A stretch of DNA of 64,000 nt from contig JAVYKI010000003.1 of assembly GCA_038742305.1 (NCBI GenBank), positions 181 to 64,180 on the forward strand, written 5' to 3'. This document shows positions 48,012 through 56,819 of this stretch, one piece after another. Position 1 is the first letter of the stretch. Each line of letters starts with the position of its first letter. The notes under the pieces are model-generated. The model was not told the DNA's origin, did not search any database, and was given only the letters and a program-made list of their open reading frames with translations. A program made the translations under genes and the position numbers. This DNA comes from Candidatus Aenigmatarchaeota archaeon. GTDB lineage: Archaea > Aenigmatarchaeota > Aenigmatarchaeia > CG10238-14 > SpSt-28.

Positions 48012-48514
48012 ATCAAAAGCTTCAAAATCCAATGAGGCAAAAAATATTTGTAGAAAAAGTAGTTTTGAATATAGGCTGCGGAGCTGATGCTGAAAAAATT
48101 GAAAAAGCAAAAGAAATTTTAGCTAGAATTACAGGAAAAAAACCTGTAATAACATATTCTAGAAAAAGGTCTACTTTTGGAGTACCAAAAGGAAAACCTA
48201 TTGGGGTAAAAGTTACTTTAAGAAAAAAAGAAGCAGAAGAATTTTTGGAAAAAGTATTCAAAGTTTATAATTATAAAATTCCGTCTAGAGTTTTTGACGA
48301 TTGGGGAAACTTTAGTTTGGGAATTCAAAAATATTTTGATTTGCCTGGAGTAAAGTATGACCATAAAATAGGAGTTTTAGGAATGGATGTTTGCGTTTCA
48401 CTAAGAAGGCCAGGAGCATATTTAAAGGACGGAACTCTTTCTAGAAAGCAAAGAGTTACAAAAGAAGAAGCAATAGAATTTATTAAGAAAAGATTTAATG
48501 TAGAAGTTTATTAA
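48008..48514 (+). CDS. rpl5: ribosomal protein L5 (uL5)
   Basis: NPMRQKIFVEKVVLNIGCG...ITGKKPVITYSRKRSTFGVPKGKPIGVKVTLRKKEAEEFL matches uL5. Confidence 0.85.
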   Translation: MNQKLQNPMRQKIFVEKVVLNIGCGADAEKIEKAKEILARITGKKPVITYSRKRSTFGVPKGKPIGVKVTLRKKEAEEFLEKVFKVYNYKIPSRVFDDWGNFSLGIQKYFDLPGVKYDHKIGVLGMDVCVSLRRPGAYLKDGTLSRKQRVTKEEAIEFIKKRFNVEVY

Positions 48515-48960
48515 TGCTAATTTTAGAAATTTTAAAAAGCAAATATTGTCAAATAGTTTTCTTAATTTCATTAGTTATAGGGTATTTTTTAGTTCCTCCT
48601 TCTGTATTTGCTTCTGATAAATTTTATTTTGGCTATATTTTTATAATAACTTTTGCTTTAGTCGTTACTTGCTTAGTTAGAGGAATAAAAGAAAGAATAA
48701 AATCTTTCAAAACTTATGGAGCAATAGGATTAGCTAGTTTATCTTCTCTTATAGCCTACCTTTCTTTACAAGTTTGTGGAATAGGCTCTCTTTGTATAAA
48801 TATAGGAATTGGAATTTTAAGCTTATTACCTTCTTCAATCTTACCAATAGTTTATCATAATTACGAAATAATTTTTGCTTTTTCAATAGCTTTACAAATA
48901 TTTACTTTATATTTAATGGGTTGCTTTAAAAAATTTTCTATAAAAACAATTAAAATATAA
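48514..48960 (+). CDS. four-helix membrane protein (hypothetical)
   Basis: 148 aa with four hydrophobic helices. Start overlaps the rpl5 stop. Confidence 0.4.
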   Translation: MLILEILKSKYCQIVFLISLVIGYFLVPPSVFASDKFYFGYIFIITFALVVTCLVRGIKERIKSFKTYGAIGLASLSSLIAYLSLQVCGIGSLCINIGIGILSLLPSSILPIVYHNYEIIFAFSIALQIFTLYLMGCFKKFSIKTIKI

Positions 48961-48977
48961 TATAACAATGTTATATT

Positions 48978-49583
48978 ATGGAAGAAATAAAGCCAATAGA
49001 TTTCAAAAAGGAAAGACCTCAACTATTTCAAATGAAGGGGATTTCTGCAAAAACTATAGAAGAACATTTAAAGCTTTATGAAGGTTATGTAAGTAAGTTT
49101 AACGAAATAACTAAGAAAATTAAAGAATTGAGCGAAGAAGAGTTTGAAAAAGCAAATCCTACTTACTCTTTGATAAGAGCTCTTAAAGTTGAACTAACAA
49201 GGGCTTATGGAGGAATGATTAATCATGAAATCTATTTTGGGCATTTAGGCGGAAACGGAGGAAAACCTGGAGGAAAATTAGCAGACCAGATAAATAAGGA
49301 TTTTGGTTCTTTTGAAAAATTCTTGAAAGAAATTAAAGCGACAGCTTTAGCTGCTAGAGGTTGGGCTTGGTTAGTATGGTCTTTTCCTTTAGAAAAATTA
49401 TTTGTTACAATTGGAGATGAACAAAATGTTTACATGTTTCAAAATTCTGTAATTATATTAGCATTAGATATGTTTGAGCACGCATATTTTTTAGATTATG
49501 GAACTAATAGAAAAGGATATGTGGAAGCCTTCTTTGATAACTTAGATTGGGAAGTTGTTGAGAAAAACTTTGAAAAAATTTAA
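48978..49583 (+). CDS. sod: Fe/Mn superoxide dismutase
   Basis: GGMINHEIYFGHLG, GWAWLVW and DMFEHAYFLDYGTNRKGYVEAFFDNLDWEVV match the C-terminal SOD motifs; 201 aa. Confidence 0.8.
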   Translation: MEEIKPIDFKKERPQLFQMKGISAKTIEEHLKLYEGYVSKFNEITKKIKELSEEEFEKANPTYSLIRALKVELTRAYGGMINHEIYFGHLGGNGGKPGGKLADQINKDFGSFEKFLKEIKATALAARGWAWLVWSFPLEKLFVTIGDEQNVYMFQNSVIILALDMFEHAYFLDYGTNRKGYVEAFFDNLDWEVVEKNFEKI

Positions 49584-50674
49584 ATTTTTGAATTATAAAG
49601 AAAATTAATTTCAAAAGAATTTAAAGCTGTAGAAAATAATTTAAAATTGTCTATTATACCATTAAAATATTGTATATTCCCTTCAAAATCCTTTCCAATA
49701 GTTATAGCTCCACTATTTATTTGGAAATCACCTTGCCAATCTAGTTCAGATTTTAATTCTCCATTTACATAAAGTTTTTGGGAATAACTATCATAAGTTC
49801 CAACTATAAAATACCATTTATTAGCTTCTAAAGTAGTTGAAGTTATACGCCTATTTCCAGAGCCATCTGTTATTAGAAAGAGAAAGTATCCTGGAATGAT
49901 TCCTTCTGCAAAAATTTCCCAAGTAGAAGTATGTCCTTCAAATACTTGCTGTATTTTTTGCCAATCATATTGAAAATTTCCTTGAGGAGTTCCATAAGAA
50001 TATATCCAAACAGAAAAACTAATAGATTTTGCAGGATAAGTAGATAAAGGCTCTAAAGTTGGTACATAAACATATGAATCTCTTCCATTAAAGAGCAAAG
50101 CTTTATTTGTAATTCCAGTTGTCCATATTGCATTGTATATATTACCATTATTGTTATTGCCACTATAATCATAAGCTATATTTCCACTTCCTTCATCAAA
50201 AGGCATATCAATTATTAAAGAAGAAAAACAAGTTAAAGAAAAAACTGAAGGTTTATTTCCCTTTACTCCTATAAATACATCTATTTGTTGAGATGAAGTG
50301 CTAGAAATTATTTGTATTCCTAAGTTTTCTCCAGAAGTAATTATGTCAGAAGTAACGTTGCAACTATCAAAGCCTACTGAAAATTTATTACAATCATATC
50401 CTTTAAAGATTTCATAAGCTAAAGGATTAAAATTATTTCCACTAATTTTATCCCTAATAAATATGTTTAAATCTTCTTTCCTAACATCATTACCATTATA
50501 ATTTGCTGAAAGTTTTATGCTTATGTAATTTTTAGAAATGAAATAACAAATTCCATCAGAAATAAATATGTTGCCTTGTTTGAAAGAATATAGAAAGTAA
50601 ATAAAAACGCCTGTAAAACTTATTGTTATTATTAGTATCAGTAAAATTGATAATATTGTCGAAACAGATTTCAT
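49580..50674 (-). CDS. pilin-like (hydrophobic class-III-type N-terminus) surface protein with LamG/concanavalin-A-like lectin domain
   Basis: N-terminus MKSVSTILSILLILIITISFTGVFIYF aligns with the pilin at 51483 (MKGISEVVAMLLMLVITIGLVGTVWYF). C-terminal half has DEGSGNIAYDYSGNNNNGNIYNAIWTTGITNKALLFNGRDSYVYVP...KWYFIVGTYD...LYVNGELK, a Laminin_G_3-type pattern. Confidence 0.55.
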   Translation of the reverse strand: MKSVSTILSILLILIITISFTGVFIYFLYSFKQGNIFISDGICYFISKNYISIKLSANYNGNDVRKEDLNIFIRDKISGNNFNPLAYEIFKGYDCNKFSVGFDSCNVTSDIITSGENLGIQIISSTSSQQIDVFIGVKGNKPSVFSLTCFSSLIIDMPFDEGSGNIAYDYSGNNNNGNIYNAIWTTGITNKALLFNGRDSYVYVPTLEPLSTYPAKSISFSVWIYSYGTPQGNFQYDWQKIQQVFEGHTSTWEIFAEGIIPGYFLFLITDGSGNRRITSTTLEANKWYFIVGTYDSYSQKLYVNGELKSELDWQGDFQINSGAITIGKDFEGNIQYFNGIIDNFKLFSTALNSFEINFLYNSKI

Positions 50675-50698
50675 AAAATTAATTAATTTAAACTAAAT

Positions 50699-50799
50699 AG
50701 CCGGGGCGGGGATTCGAACCCCGGATCTGCGGGTTTCTGTAGATCATCTTTTCACAAAACCCTGCAGCCCGCCGCGTGAAGCCACTCCGCCACCCCGGC
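50699..50799 (-). tRNA. tRNA-Cys(GCA) with ~27-nt anticodon-loop intron
   Basis: Reverse complement reads GCCGGGGUGGCGGAGUGGCUUCACGCG-GCGGG-CUGCAG[GGUUUUGUGAAAAGAUGAUCUACAGAA]A-CCCGC-AGAUC-CGGGGUUCGAAUCCCCG-CCCCGGC-U. The U73 discriminator fits Cys. Anticodon assumes canonical 37/38 intron position. Confidence 0.7.
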
Positions 50800-50827
50800 A
50801 TAATATGATTATAAGTTTTTTCTTATT

Positions 50828-50900
50828 TGCCCCGGCCGGGATTTGAACCCGGGTCTCGAGCTCGAGAGGCTCGCATCCTTGGCCGCTAGACGACCGGGGC
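50828..50900 (-). tRNA. tRNA-Glu(CUC)
   Basis: Reverse complement reads GCCCCGGUCGUCUAGCGGCCAAGGAUG-CGAGC-CUCUCGA-GCUCG-AGAC-CCGGGUUCAAAUCCCGG-CCGGGGC-A. Confidence 0.85.
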
Positions 50901-51035
50901 ACCGATAATTAAATTATTAAAAAAGAAAAAAAATGAAAAAAGCTTAAAAGAATTTTATAATTTTATTTTTTCTTTTTTCTTCTCGCGGCTCTTTTCTTTT
51001 TAACTCTTCTAGCTTTCTTTTTTGCCATAATTAAA

Positions 51036-51458
51036 TTATATTTTTGCTTTTAAGCCTTGATTAAACAAATCATAAATTTTTAGAAAAACATCTCTCGTAA
51101 AATCTTCATATATAAATTTAAAATCTTGAGCTTCGGAATAAATAATTTTTCTAATTATTTTTTTGATAGACGCTTGAACTTCTTTTGTCTTAACATAATC
51201 TAAATTTGAATATCTTTCAACCAAAGCATAAAGCTTATCTAATAAAGCAATTATAAGGGTTTTAAATCCAGGCTCAAACTTTTTTAAATTCATTAACAGT
51301 TCATTTTTCATTCTTTTTATATCACTTTCAAACTCAGAAATTCTATACCTTAAAATTATTACATCTCCAAAACTTTTCTGAAACCTTTCTATATCAAGTA
51401 AATCTCTTATAGCAATACAATATGCTAAAGGCTCTATGTCAGTTATGTTTATTACCAT
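51036..51458 (-). CDS. hypothetical cytoplasmic protein inside the pilin locus
   Basis: 140 aa with no TM helix and no recognisable family. Confidence 0.4.
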   Translation of the reverse strand: MVINITDIEPLAYCIAIRDLLDIERFQKSFGDVIILRYRISEFESDIKRMKNELLMNLKKFEPGFKTLIIALLDKLYALVERYSNLDYVKTKEVQASIKKIIRKIIYSEAQDFKFIYEDFTRDVFLKIYDLFNQGLKAKI

Positions 51459-51482
51459 AAAAAATTAAAATTTAAAAAGAAA

Positions 51483-51944
51483 TTAGTAGCAAGTTACTGA
51501 AGCTAGCCCAGAAGGTTGTCCAAAAACTAATATTTGTACATCAATAGGAGTTCCGATTCCTATATTTCCAGCAGAACTACTAATACCAACGGTTTCTCCG
51601 CTTGTTACAGGAGCAGTTGCAGTTGCTTGAGTATTACATCCAGCAGCTCCAATAGTATCTCTATTACAATTAGTACCTTTATATATTGTACTAGAAGCTG
51701 TAGTCCAAGTACCAGTTAATTTGTTTCTTACTCTTACAGTTATATCTCCAGGAGTAGCATCAGCTCCAGTATAACTAGCAACTATTCTAACAGTTGCTGG
51801 ATTGCCTGCATTACAAACAACATCAATTATTTGGAAGTTCCCTCTTTTAGTAGTTCCTGATAAGAAATACCAAACAGTTCCTACTAGTCCTATAGTTATT
51901 ACTAGCATTAAAAGCATTGCTACTACTTCACTTATTCCTTTCAT
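51483..51944 (-). CDS. archaeal type IV pilin-like protein (class III signal peptide, DUF361-type N-terminus)
   Basis: MKGISEVVAMLLMLVITIGLVGTVWYF is the canonical archaeal prepilin signal (KG-ISEV-VA). The mature part is rich in T, G, A and N. Confidence 0.6.
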   Translation of the reverse strand: MKGISEVVAMLLMLVITIGLVGTVWYFLSGTTKRGNFQIIDVVCNAGNPATVRIVASYTGADATPGDITVRVRNKLTGTWTTASSTIYKGTNCNRDTIGAAGCNTQATATAPVTSGETVGISSSAGNIGIGTPIDVQILVFGQPSGLASVTCY

Positions 51945-51979
51945 AATATTAATTGTTTCTTTTTAAAATATTTCTTTTT

Positions 51980-52975
51980 ATGGAAATAACATCAATTTTA
52001 TTACTCTTTTTGGTAATAGGTTTTATAGGAACATTTATTTATTTTATTTTTACTTTAACTCAAGTCAAAACATTAGAAATAATAAATTTAGAACTAGATT
52101 GCCAAAACAGTATTATAACCCTTTATGTTAAAGTAATAGGTACAGAAGAAATAAAACCAGAAGAAATTAAAATAAGCATAGATGGAAAAGAGCAACTAGT
52201 AACTTTTGATCAAAGGCTTTTTCCAAATACTTTAGCAAAAATTTATGTAAATTTTATTCCTTCAGATATTAGTGTTAGAACTCATAAATTAGAAATTTAT
52301 GTTGGCGGTAGAAGAATTTATAGAAATTTTGATTATATTTGCGAAAGCTTAGTTTTTAATATAGCAAGAAGTAACATGACTTTTGTAGCTTTTAGTAGTC
52401 CACATTGGGTTGTATTTAATTATATAACAAAGGAATATTTGATATTTAAAAGCAATAATGGAGATTTAACAGCAGAAGTTGGTCCAATATCAGGCAAGGT
52501 TCCAGTTTATGAAAACTTAGATAATTTTGTTGTTCAAACTCAAACATCTTCTTGGAATAATAAGCCTTTAGATTCTCCTATTATAATATTTAAAAATCCA
52601 AATTTAAAGAACGTATGGATTTTTAATTGGACCGATCCTCATGGAAGCTTTCTTTTTAAATTAAATCCTATAGAAAATGCAATTGAAGATATTTTAATTT
52701 TTTGGGAAGACTTGTACAATCCTTTTAATCCTCCTTCAACTTTAGATGATTGGAAAGACCATGTTGTAAGAGTTACTTTGGTAGGTTCAAATACTTATAG
52801 AATCGCTGTATATTTGGCAAAAGGTGGTTATAAGCATCAATTTTATATTTCTACAGAAAGTCCTAATCCTCTTCAAGGAACATTAACTTATGAAAAGCCA
52901 TATGGAGCTTATTGGAGTAATAAAATTGGAAATTATTACGAAGAATTTAGAGTTTATTATGTTACAATTCAATAA
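51980..52975 (+). CDS. pilin-like N-terminus protein (hypothetical, 331 aa)
   Basis: MEITSILLLFLVIGFIGTFIYFIF resembles the hydrophobic N-termini of the two neighbouring pilin-like proteins. Start placed at the internal ATG. Confidence 0.4.
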   Translation: MEITSILLLFLVIGFIGTFIYFIFTLTQVKTLEIINLELDCQNSIITLYVKVIGTEEIKPEEIKISIDGKEQLVTFDQRLFPNTLAKIYVNFIPSDISVRTHKLEIYVGGRRIYRNFDYICESLVFNIARSNMTFVAFSSPHWVVFNYITKEYLIFKSNNGDLTAEVGPISGKVPVYENLDNFVVQTQTSSWNNKPLDSPIIIFKNPNLKNVWIFNWTDPHGSFLFKLNPIENAIEDILIFWEDLYNPFNPPSTLDDWKDHVVRVTLVGSNTYRIAVYLAKGGYKHQFYISTESPNPLQGTLTYEKPYGAYWSNKIGNYYEEFRVYYVTIQ

Positions 52976-52977
52976 TT

Positions 52978-53679
52978 ATGGCAACAATATTAGCAATTTC
53001 TGAAATTCAAGGAGAAGCGGAAAATTTATTAAAATTTTTAAATTACATAAAGAAGAATGAAGTTTTCGATTATGTTGTTTTTAACGGAGACTTAATAAAT
53101 TTTGATGATGAAGAAGAAGTTGCAGAAATTTTAATAGAAATTTTAAAAATTTTGGAAAAGCCAATAATTACTGTTCCAGGCAATAATGATGGAAAAATAA
53201 TTGAACTATTAAAAAAAGAAACTTTTTCTGTTCATAACGATTATAAGATATTTGATAATATTGCATTTTTTGGATTTGGAGGCGCGAAAACTCCAATAGG
53301 AACAACATTTGAACCAAGCGAAGAAGAATTTAAATTAGCATTAGAAAGTTTATATAAAAAAATTCAAAATGTAAAAACAAAAGTTCTTGTTACTCATATG
53401 CCTCCAAAAGATACTAAGCTTGATTTAATTTTTAGCGGAGCACATGTAGGAAGCGAAGCAATAAGAGAATTTATTTTGAAATATCAACCAACTTTAGCAA
53501 TTTGCTCTCATATAATTGAAGCTTTTGGAGTAGATAGGTTAGGAAATACTTTTTTAATTAATCCGGGAAGAATAACAGAAGGAAATTATGCTATAATAAA
53601 ACTTCAACAAACTATAGAAATAAAAATTAAAAACATAATTAATTTATTATTTAGGGAAAAAGCAAAGCCATGGATTTAA
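52978..53679 (+). CDS. calcineurin-like metallophosphoesterase
   Basis: ILAISEIQG, VVFNGDL (GDxxD), VPGNND (GNHD/E-like) and VTHMPP motifs. Confidence 0.7.
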   Translation: MATILAISEIQGEAENLLKFLNYIKKNEVFDYVVFNGDLINFDDEEEVAEILIEILKILEKPIITVPGNNDGKIIELLKKETFSVHNDYKIFDNIAFFGFGGAKTPIGTTFEPSEEEFKLALESLYKKIQNVKTKVLVTHMPPKDTKLDLIFSGAHVGSEAIREFILKYQPTLAICSHIIEAFGVDRLGNTFLINPGRITEGNYAIIKLQQTIEIKIKNIINLLFREKAKPWI

Positions 53680-54041
53680 AATTACAAAATGAAGTAAAGC
53701 AAGAAATTTTAATAAACCAAATACTTGAAAGAATAGACTTTTTAGATGTTTTAATACTTAAAAAATTTTATGTAACAGGCAAAGAATTTCCAAACGATAC
53801 TCAACCATATTGTTTACCAATATTATACAAAGAACTAATAAGTCAAAATAATGTAAAAATAAGTTTAGAAGGATTAAGAAAAAGATTGAATTCATTAGTT
53901 AATATAGGCTTATTAACAAAAATTGAAAGAACTAATCCATCAATTTATTATCCTGTAAGAGAAAAAGAAGAAGTTGTTAGAAAAATAATTGTAAAGTTTT
54001 TCGAAAGGTTTGGTTTTGAAAACTTCTTACTAAAATTATAA
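53670..54041 (+). CDS. small winged-helix DNA-binding protein (hypothetical)
   Basis: 123 aa with wHTH-like segments. Overlaps neighbours by a few nt. Confidence 0.35.
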   Translation: MDLKLQNEVKQEILINQILERIDFLDVLILKKFYVTGKEFPNDTQPYCLPILYKELISQNNVKISLEGLRKRLNSLVNIGLLTKIERTNPSIYYPVREKEEVVRKIIVKFFERFGFENFLLKL

Positions 54042-54895
54042 TGAATTATTTTGAAAAGTATAGAGAAGTTTATCCTAATTTACTTAAAATTTCAGAAGAA
54101 GTTTGGAAATTTGTTGATGACCTTATTAAAAAAGAAAACAATGCTTTAATTATTGCAGAAAAAATTGAAGAAAAAATAAAGGAGCTCGGAGCAAAACCGG
54201 CATTTCCAGTTAACATAGGAATAAATAATGTTGCAGCGCATTTTACTCCAGAGCAGGATGTTTTTATTAAAGAAAATGATATAGTTAAAATAGATTTTGG
54301 AATTCATATTGATGGATTTATATTCGATACAGCAAAGACTTATGGAAAAGAAAATAATGTTGTAAAAGCCGCTAAAAAAGCTTTTGAAGAATGTTTAAAA
54401 GAAATAAAGGAGGGAACAAAAGTTAAAATTTTTGGAGAAATATGTGAAGAAGTTGCTAAAGAGTTTGATGTAAAGCCTGTAAGAAATTTAGGAGGGCACG
54501 GGCTAGGTTATTATGAAATACATACCGAGCCAACTATATTAAATGGAAAAAACAATAGCAATTTTGTTTTAGAAAAAGGAATGCCAATTGCTTTCGAAGT
54601 TTTTATGAGTAATGGAGAAGGAAAAGTAAAAGATTCTTTTCCTTCTACAATTTTTCAAATAATTAATCCGACAAAAATTAAACATTTAAGAATTTATAAC
54701 GAAATACTTGAAGATGCATATAAAAAATTTTTAACTTTACCTTTTTCAAAAAGATGGTTAAACTATCCTAAACACAAAATAGATTTTGCTATAAGTGAAG
54801 GAATCAGATTAGGAATAGTAAAAGAATATCCAGTTTTAAAAGAAATTGAAAATTCTGTTGTTGCTCAATTTGAGTCGACTTTCATAGTTGAATAA
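54041..54895 (+). CDS. map: methionine aminopeptidase, type 2 (archaeal)
   Basis: VAAHFTPEQD, VKIDFGIHIDGFIFDTAKT, GHGLG and E-containing metal ligands; 284 aa. Confidence 0.85.
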   Translation: MNYFEKYREVYPNLLKISEEVWKFVDDLIKKENNALIIAEKIEEKIKELGAKPAFPVNIGINNVAAHFTPEQDVFIKENDIVKIDFGIHIDGFIFDTAKTYGKENNVVKAAKKAFEECLKEIKEGTKVKIFGEICEEVAKEFDVKPVRNLGGHGLGYYEIHTEPTILNGKNNSNFVLEKGMPIAFEVFMSNGEGKVKDSFPSTIFQIINPTKIKHLRIYNEILEDAYKKFLTLPFSKRWLNYPKHKIDFAISEGIRLGIVKEYPVLKEIENSVVAQFESTFIVE

Positions 54896-55314
54896 TCCTT
54901 TAACAATTGAAAGAAAATAATTAAATAAGGTAAAAAAACATTTTGCAAGTCAGAAAATATATAAGTTTTAAAATCAAAAGTTACAACTAAAAAAACTTCT
55001 AGTGCTTGCCTAAAAAAATTCAAAAATATTAAGAGAATAAAAAAATTCAGAATTTTTCTTTGCTTGTTAATTAAAAGCAAAGGAAAAACTATTAGAAAAG
55101 GTTTAATAATTGTGCAACTTTCATCTATAATAAAAAAATAATTATCAATTTGTATTTCAAAATTTTCAACTTTTAAATTAAAAAATAGGCCTAAGAAAAA
55201 AGTTAGGAAAGCTTTATCTAATATTGCAAAAGGAGAATAAAGAAATTTAGAAAAATAAACTGCTAAAAATATTCCTAAAATTGCTGCTAAAGTATCAATA
55301 ATAATTTTTTTCAT
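54865..55314 (-). CDS. polytopic membrane protein (hypothetical)
   Basis: 149 aa with 4 hydrophobic helices. Convergent overlap with map. Confidence 0.35.
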   Translation of the reverse strand: MKKIIIDTLAAILGIFLAVYFSKFLYSPFAILDKAFLTFFLGLFFNLKVENFEIQIDNYFFIIDESCTIIKPFLIVFPLLLINKQRKILNFFILLIFLNFFRQALEVFLVVTFDFKTYIFSDLQNVFLPYLIIFFQLLKDYSTMKVDSN

Positions 55315-56206
55315 TTATCAATTCTTTTATTTTTTCTTTTAAAAGCGAATTTATTTTTTCTTTACTTAAATTTTCTATTTCAGAGTAATTATTCAAATTA
55401 TCTATAAGAATGTTTAAATTATAATTTTCAAACTTTTTTTCAGTTATAATATATTTTATTCCCAATTCTACAAGAACTGAAGCATTTTTTATATCGTTAG
55501 AAGCAATTACTATTTTTTCAGCAGGCAAATGATTTACAACTTCTTTTAAGAATTCATAATCAATTTCTTCAAGTTTTAAACAAATATAATCTTTCTTATT
55601 CCAAACTTTCAAAATTTCAATAATTTTTTCAAGAATTTCAATTTTTTTCTCTAAAGCTTCGTTTTTTTCAATTTTTACTTCTTGTATTATAAAATTTTTT
55701 CTTTCTTTCAACTTTTCTATTATTTCCTTCAATCTTTTATTTTCTTCTTTCAACTCTATTATTCTTCTTACTAATTTATCCCTATCATCTAATTTTTCAA
55801 CCTTTTTTTCGGAAAAAGTTTTATTAACTTTAATTTCTTCTTTTTTAACAATTATTTTATTTTTAATACTTTTCAAACCTTTTAAAGCTGAATAAATAGC
55901 ATCTCTTTCATGAACATTTTTATAATTAAAGTTTTTAGTTAATCTAATTTTTGATTTCTCTTTTGGTTCCTTAATTGGATGAAATATTTTACAAGAAAAG
56001 CTTGATGCAATTTTTTTAATTTTAAAAGGAATTTTAACTTTATCTGTACATATTAAAATAGGTTTTCCAAAGCTTATTATATCTTTTATTATTTCGCTTA
56101 AGGAATATTCTTTTTTACTTTTTAAAAACAAAAGATTCTCATTCCTATCAAATATTGCTATAGCGCTAGTTGCCCCAATATCTATTCCAACAACTATTTC
56201 ATTCAT
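55295..56206 (-). CDS. RNase H-fold (RuvC/YqgF-like, DUF460/COG2433-like) predicted nuclease with long coiled-coil
   Basis: N-terminal VVGIDIGATSAIAIFD resembles the first strand of RuvC/YqgF resolvase folds. The central ~100 aa are K/E-rich coiled coil. Last gene of a 3-gene minus-strand operon with XPF and the Hef helicase. Confidence 0.4.
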   Translation of the reverse strand: MNEIVVGIDIGATSAIAIFDRNENLLFLKSKKEYSLSEIIKDIISFGKPILICTDKVKIPFKIKKIASSFSCKIFHPIKEPKEKSKIRLTKNFNYKNVHERDAIYSALKGLKSIKNKIIVKKEEIKVNKTFSEKKVEKLDDRDKLVRRIIELKEENKRLKEIIEKLKERKNFIIQEVKIEKNEALEKKIEILEKIIEILKVWNKKDYICLKLEEIDYEFLKEVVNHLPAEKIVIASNDIKNASVLVELGIKYIITEKKFENYNLNILIDNLNNYSEIENLSKEKINSLLKEKIKELINEKNYY

Positions 56207-56819
56207 TTAATTCATTAAAATTTTTATTTAAAATTTCATAAATATTTTCTCCTCTTTTTCCAAAAAGCGAAGTTAATTTGCTTTTGCTAGAGTTAACAAA
56301 ATCTTTTATACTAGAATATTTTTTCATTATTATTTCAGCACTTTTATAAGAAATTCCAGGAAAAGAAATAAGAATTGAAATTATTTTTTCCTTTTCTGTT
56401 TTTCCCTTCTTTTTTATTTTAGTTTTAATAACATTTGCTTTTTCCAATTTTTTTATTGCAATTTTTCTTAAAAGTTCTGCAGTTTGATTCTCGTTCAAAG
56501 TAAAAACTATTGAAATATTTTCTGAAATAATTCTTGCAATTGCACCTAAAATTTCATTTGTAACTATTCCTTCAACTATTATTAATGCCTTTTGATTTTT
56601 TAAATTTTCTATTTGTTCAAAAAATCTTTTATCTATTACAGAATTTATTAAATCTTCTACACTTTTTCTTTCAATAACAATATCTTCTATTAAAAAATCT
56701 CCAACTTCAAGCTTCTCTTCTACAACTTTTATATCATTAAAATTCTTCAAAATTTCAATAATTTTTCTTTCCCTATAATCACAAATTATTAATGGCTTCT
56801 GACTAAATGTTTTTTGCAT
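56199..56819 (-). CDS. xpf: XPF/Hef-type ERCC4 nuclease with C-terminal HhH2 domain (stand-alone)
   Basis: ERCC4 motifs LIICDYRE...GDFLIED...IERKSVEDL and HhH2 GISYKSAEIIMKKYSSIKDFVNSSKSKLTSLFG. Confidence 0.7.
   Translation of the reverse strand: MQKTFSQKPLIICDYRERKIIEILKNFNDIKVVEEKLEVGDFLIEDIVIERKSVEDLINSVIDKRFFEQIENLKNQKALIIVEGIVTNEILGAIARIISENISIVFTLNENQTAELLRKIAIKKLEKANVIKTKIKKKGKTEKEKIISILISFPGISYKSAEIIMKKYSSIKDFVNSSKSKLTSLFGKRGENIYEILNKNFNELNE

Noticed and set aside
48022-48261. 79-aa minus-strand ORF inside rpl5
   Set aside because: Antisense to uL5.
51534-51719. 61-aa plus-strand Ser-rich ORF inside the pilin gene
   Set aside because: Antisense to the T/G/A-rich pilin gene.
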